Origin: Squalus acanthias
Lineage: Eukaryota
Direction: 5' to 3'
Assembly (NCBI GenBank): GCA_030390025.1
Contig: CM059432.1
Coordinates: forward strand, 9,920,001-9,984,000
Length of the DNA: 64,000 nt
In this document: positions 61,725 through 64,000 of the stretch, one piece after another
Layout of the letters: each line of letters opens with the position of its first letter
Numbering within the stretch: position 1 is the stretch's first letter
Translations under genes and position numbers: made by a program
Notes under the pieces: model-generated
Seen by the model: only the letters and a program-made list of their open reading frames with translations
The model's database searches: none
What the model was told of the DNA's origin: nothing

Positions 61725-62202
61725 TTCTTTTTCTTCGTTTTATGGGATCTGGGCGTCGCTGGCAAGGCCAGCATTTATTGCCCATCCCTAGTTGCCCTCG
61801 AGAAGGTGGTGGTGAGCCACCTGCTTGAACCGCTGCAGTCCGTGTGGTGAAGGTACTCCCACAGTGCTGTTAGGGAGGGAGTTCCAGGATTTTGACCCAG
61901 TGATGATGAAGGAACGGCCGATATACTTCCAAGTCAGGATGGTGTGTGACTTGGAGGGAAACTTGGAGGTGGTGGTGTTCCCATGTACCTGCTGCCCTTG
62001 TCCTTCTAGGTGGAAGAGGTCGTGGGTTTGGGAGGTGCTGCCGAAGAAGGCTTGGCGAGTTGCTGCAGTGCATCTTGTAGATGGTACACACTGCAGCAAC
62101 GGTACGCCGGCAGTGGAGGGAGTGAATGGTTAAGGTGGTGGATGGGGTGCCAATGAAGCGGGCTGCTTTGTCCTGGATGGTGTCGAGTTTCTTGAGTGTT
62201 GT
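61725..62202 (-). mobile_element. Jockey/CR1-group LINE 3' end
   Basis: CTIYKMHCSNSPSLLRQHLPNPRPLPP; another tail of this family at 62572-62695. Confidence 0.85.
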
Positions 62203-63154
62203 TCTTGTATATCAGTAAAGGAGGTTCTAAATGACTGGCTCAAATGGGCATGTCTTGACAGTTCTGCCAGCGATATCCACATCACATTAAACTCTGCCTC
62301 TGGCTGTACAGCATTATAAACCCATAGTGAACATATCCTGAATGCCTCAGCTACAAGGTAATTCATGAATTAAAATCTCAATTAATTAATCTAATATAAT
62401 CGACCTAGGTGACTTATAAAATGTAACTCAGGTGGAAAATAATTGCCTTCAAGCTTTTCATCCTTTGAAGCATCTAGCTGACTTTACTGTTAGCCAAATG
62501 CACATGTAAACTGGTATCTACCATTGAAGGTGACCGAGAGAGCTCAGCAGGCAAATATGCACCAATGATAGGTTTTCTTTTATTCATTCATGGGATGTGG
62601 GCGTCGCTGGCAAGGCCAGCATTTATTGCCCATCCCTAATTGCCCTTGAGAAGGTGGTGGTGAGCCGCCTTCTTGAACCGCTGCAGTCCGTGCGTAGCGG
62701 TTTGCTAGGCCATTTCAGAGGGTAGTTAAGAGTCAACCACATTGCTGTGGGTCTGGAATCACATATAGGCCAGACCGGGTAAGGACGGCAGATTTCTTTC
62801 CCTAAAGGACATTAGTGAACGAGATGGGTTTTTACAACTGTCCTAATATCTCCTTATGTGGCTCGGTGGCAAATTTTGTTTGATAATCGCTCCTGTGAAG
62901 TGCCTTGGGATGTTTTACTACTTAAAGATGCTATATAAATGCAAGTTGTTGTTGTTGTTGTTGTTAAAGTGGGAGTAGAGGGCTAAGGGAATTGGCAGAG
63001 GGGAGTCTTGTGGTGTCTATAGTTGTCCTGGTGTTACAAATTTCAGGTCTGCACTATATATTCTCTCAGATTTAGCATCACCGATCATTCCCATCAGGTG
63101 ACCTTGCATTCGCTATGATCTGGGGAGTACCTTTATTGTGCAATATAGAGTTAT

Positions 63155-63964
63155 GGGGGAAAAATTTGGTTGCTTTGCACCTCCCGTTAGCGACCGGGCA
63201 CGGCGATGTTTGCGCCGCTCGCGAAATTGACCAGACATTTTGCGGTGGTGCTAAACACTTCCGCCACGATCTCCTGCGCCCGCAGATCGTGACGTCAGTC
63301 GAGCGTGCAACGCCCCGGTAGTGCCCCGGACCGGATATTGAGTCGCGCCCCCTGCCTTTCCGCCTGCCGCTAGCAACGACAGGTAGAGGGGAACATTTTG
63401 CAGTCGGGAAGGGACTGGGGGAGCACTATTTAAAGGCGGCTGCTTACTGCCTTTTTTTGTTGGCGACATTTCTGCACCACGCATTCTGAGAGAGAGAGAG
63501 AGACTTCTGGAGAGATTCAACGCTGTGTGAAGGAGTTTTGGGTACTGAGCAGCACTTTGCAGGTTCATTTTGATTTGACCTTCCTTGCATCAATTTAGAA
63601 GAGACTGTGGGTGCTGCACTCTGAGCTCTTTCCCTGGACCTCTCCATTGTTCTTTCCAGCAGAATTGATGTACAGGTCTCTCCAGGCCGAGATTCAAGGC
63701 TGCAATAAGCAGGGTGTGGATGGAGAGCAAGATCGACCCTCCCCTTTAAGAACTGGCCAGCGCCAGTGTGTCTGTGTTCCATTGCTGACTGACATCACAT
63801 GAGCTTCGCCAGCGCTCTGAGGTAGCGCCTCGCTCCTCGGCATTAGCGCCTTAAGAGAAGTGTGTAACGCCTGATTTAGCGCTCCAATCACCTCCAGGGG
63901 CGATAGAAGCCAAGTTTACAGTCGGAGGCGATAATTAGCGCCAGGCGCTAAACTTTGCGCCCGG
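63155..63964. mobile_element. Third copy of the ~890-bp Harbinger-like MITE (right TIR missing)
   Basis: Collinear with 16041-16934. Confidence 0.85.
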
Positions 63965-64000
63965 CACAGAAGGAAGCCTTTCAGCCTATTGCGTCCGTGC

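Noticed and set aside
1..64000. Prokaryotic or viral defence or operon-type system
   Set aside because: No dense coding, operons or cas-like ORFs; the content is vertebrate repeat-rich non-coding DNA

Overview
Vertebrate genomic DNA, almost certainly a cartilaginous fish (shark): the repeat complement (HE1/V-SINE, tRNA-Deu-type SINEs with L2-like tails, CR1, L2 and jockey-like LINEs) is typical of elasmobranchs. I recognise no host protein-coding exon, so the window looks intergenic or intronic, and well over half of it is transposon-derived. The long ORFs in the track are LINE reverse-transcriptase fragments, a Harbinger Myb/SANT remnant or tandem-repeat artefacts. Main observations: (1) six Penelope-like fragments in two families carry minimal type I hammerhead ribozyme cores, two with intact cores; (2) PIF/Harbinger-like elements insert repeatedly at identical nucleotides of other repeats, twice on the predicted hammerhead cleavage triplet and twice at the same CTT of CR1; (3) a 1.3-kb solo LTR has a foamy-virus-like layout; (4) a 3.6-kb DNA transposon with a 6-bp TSD carries a housekeeping-type promoter; (5) a repeat-free, CpG-retaining segment is dense in OTX/CRX-type TAATC motifs; (6) local rearrangements include an inverted templated insertion, a twin-primed Penelope insertion and a CR1-seeded minisatellite. 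Repeat family names come from recognition, not a database search, and boundaries are approximate unless a TSD is quoted.
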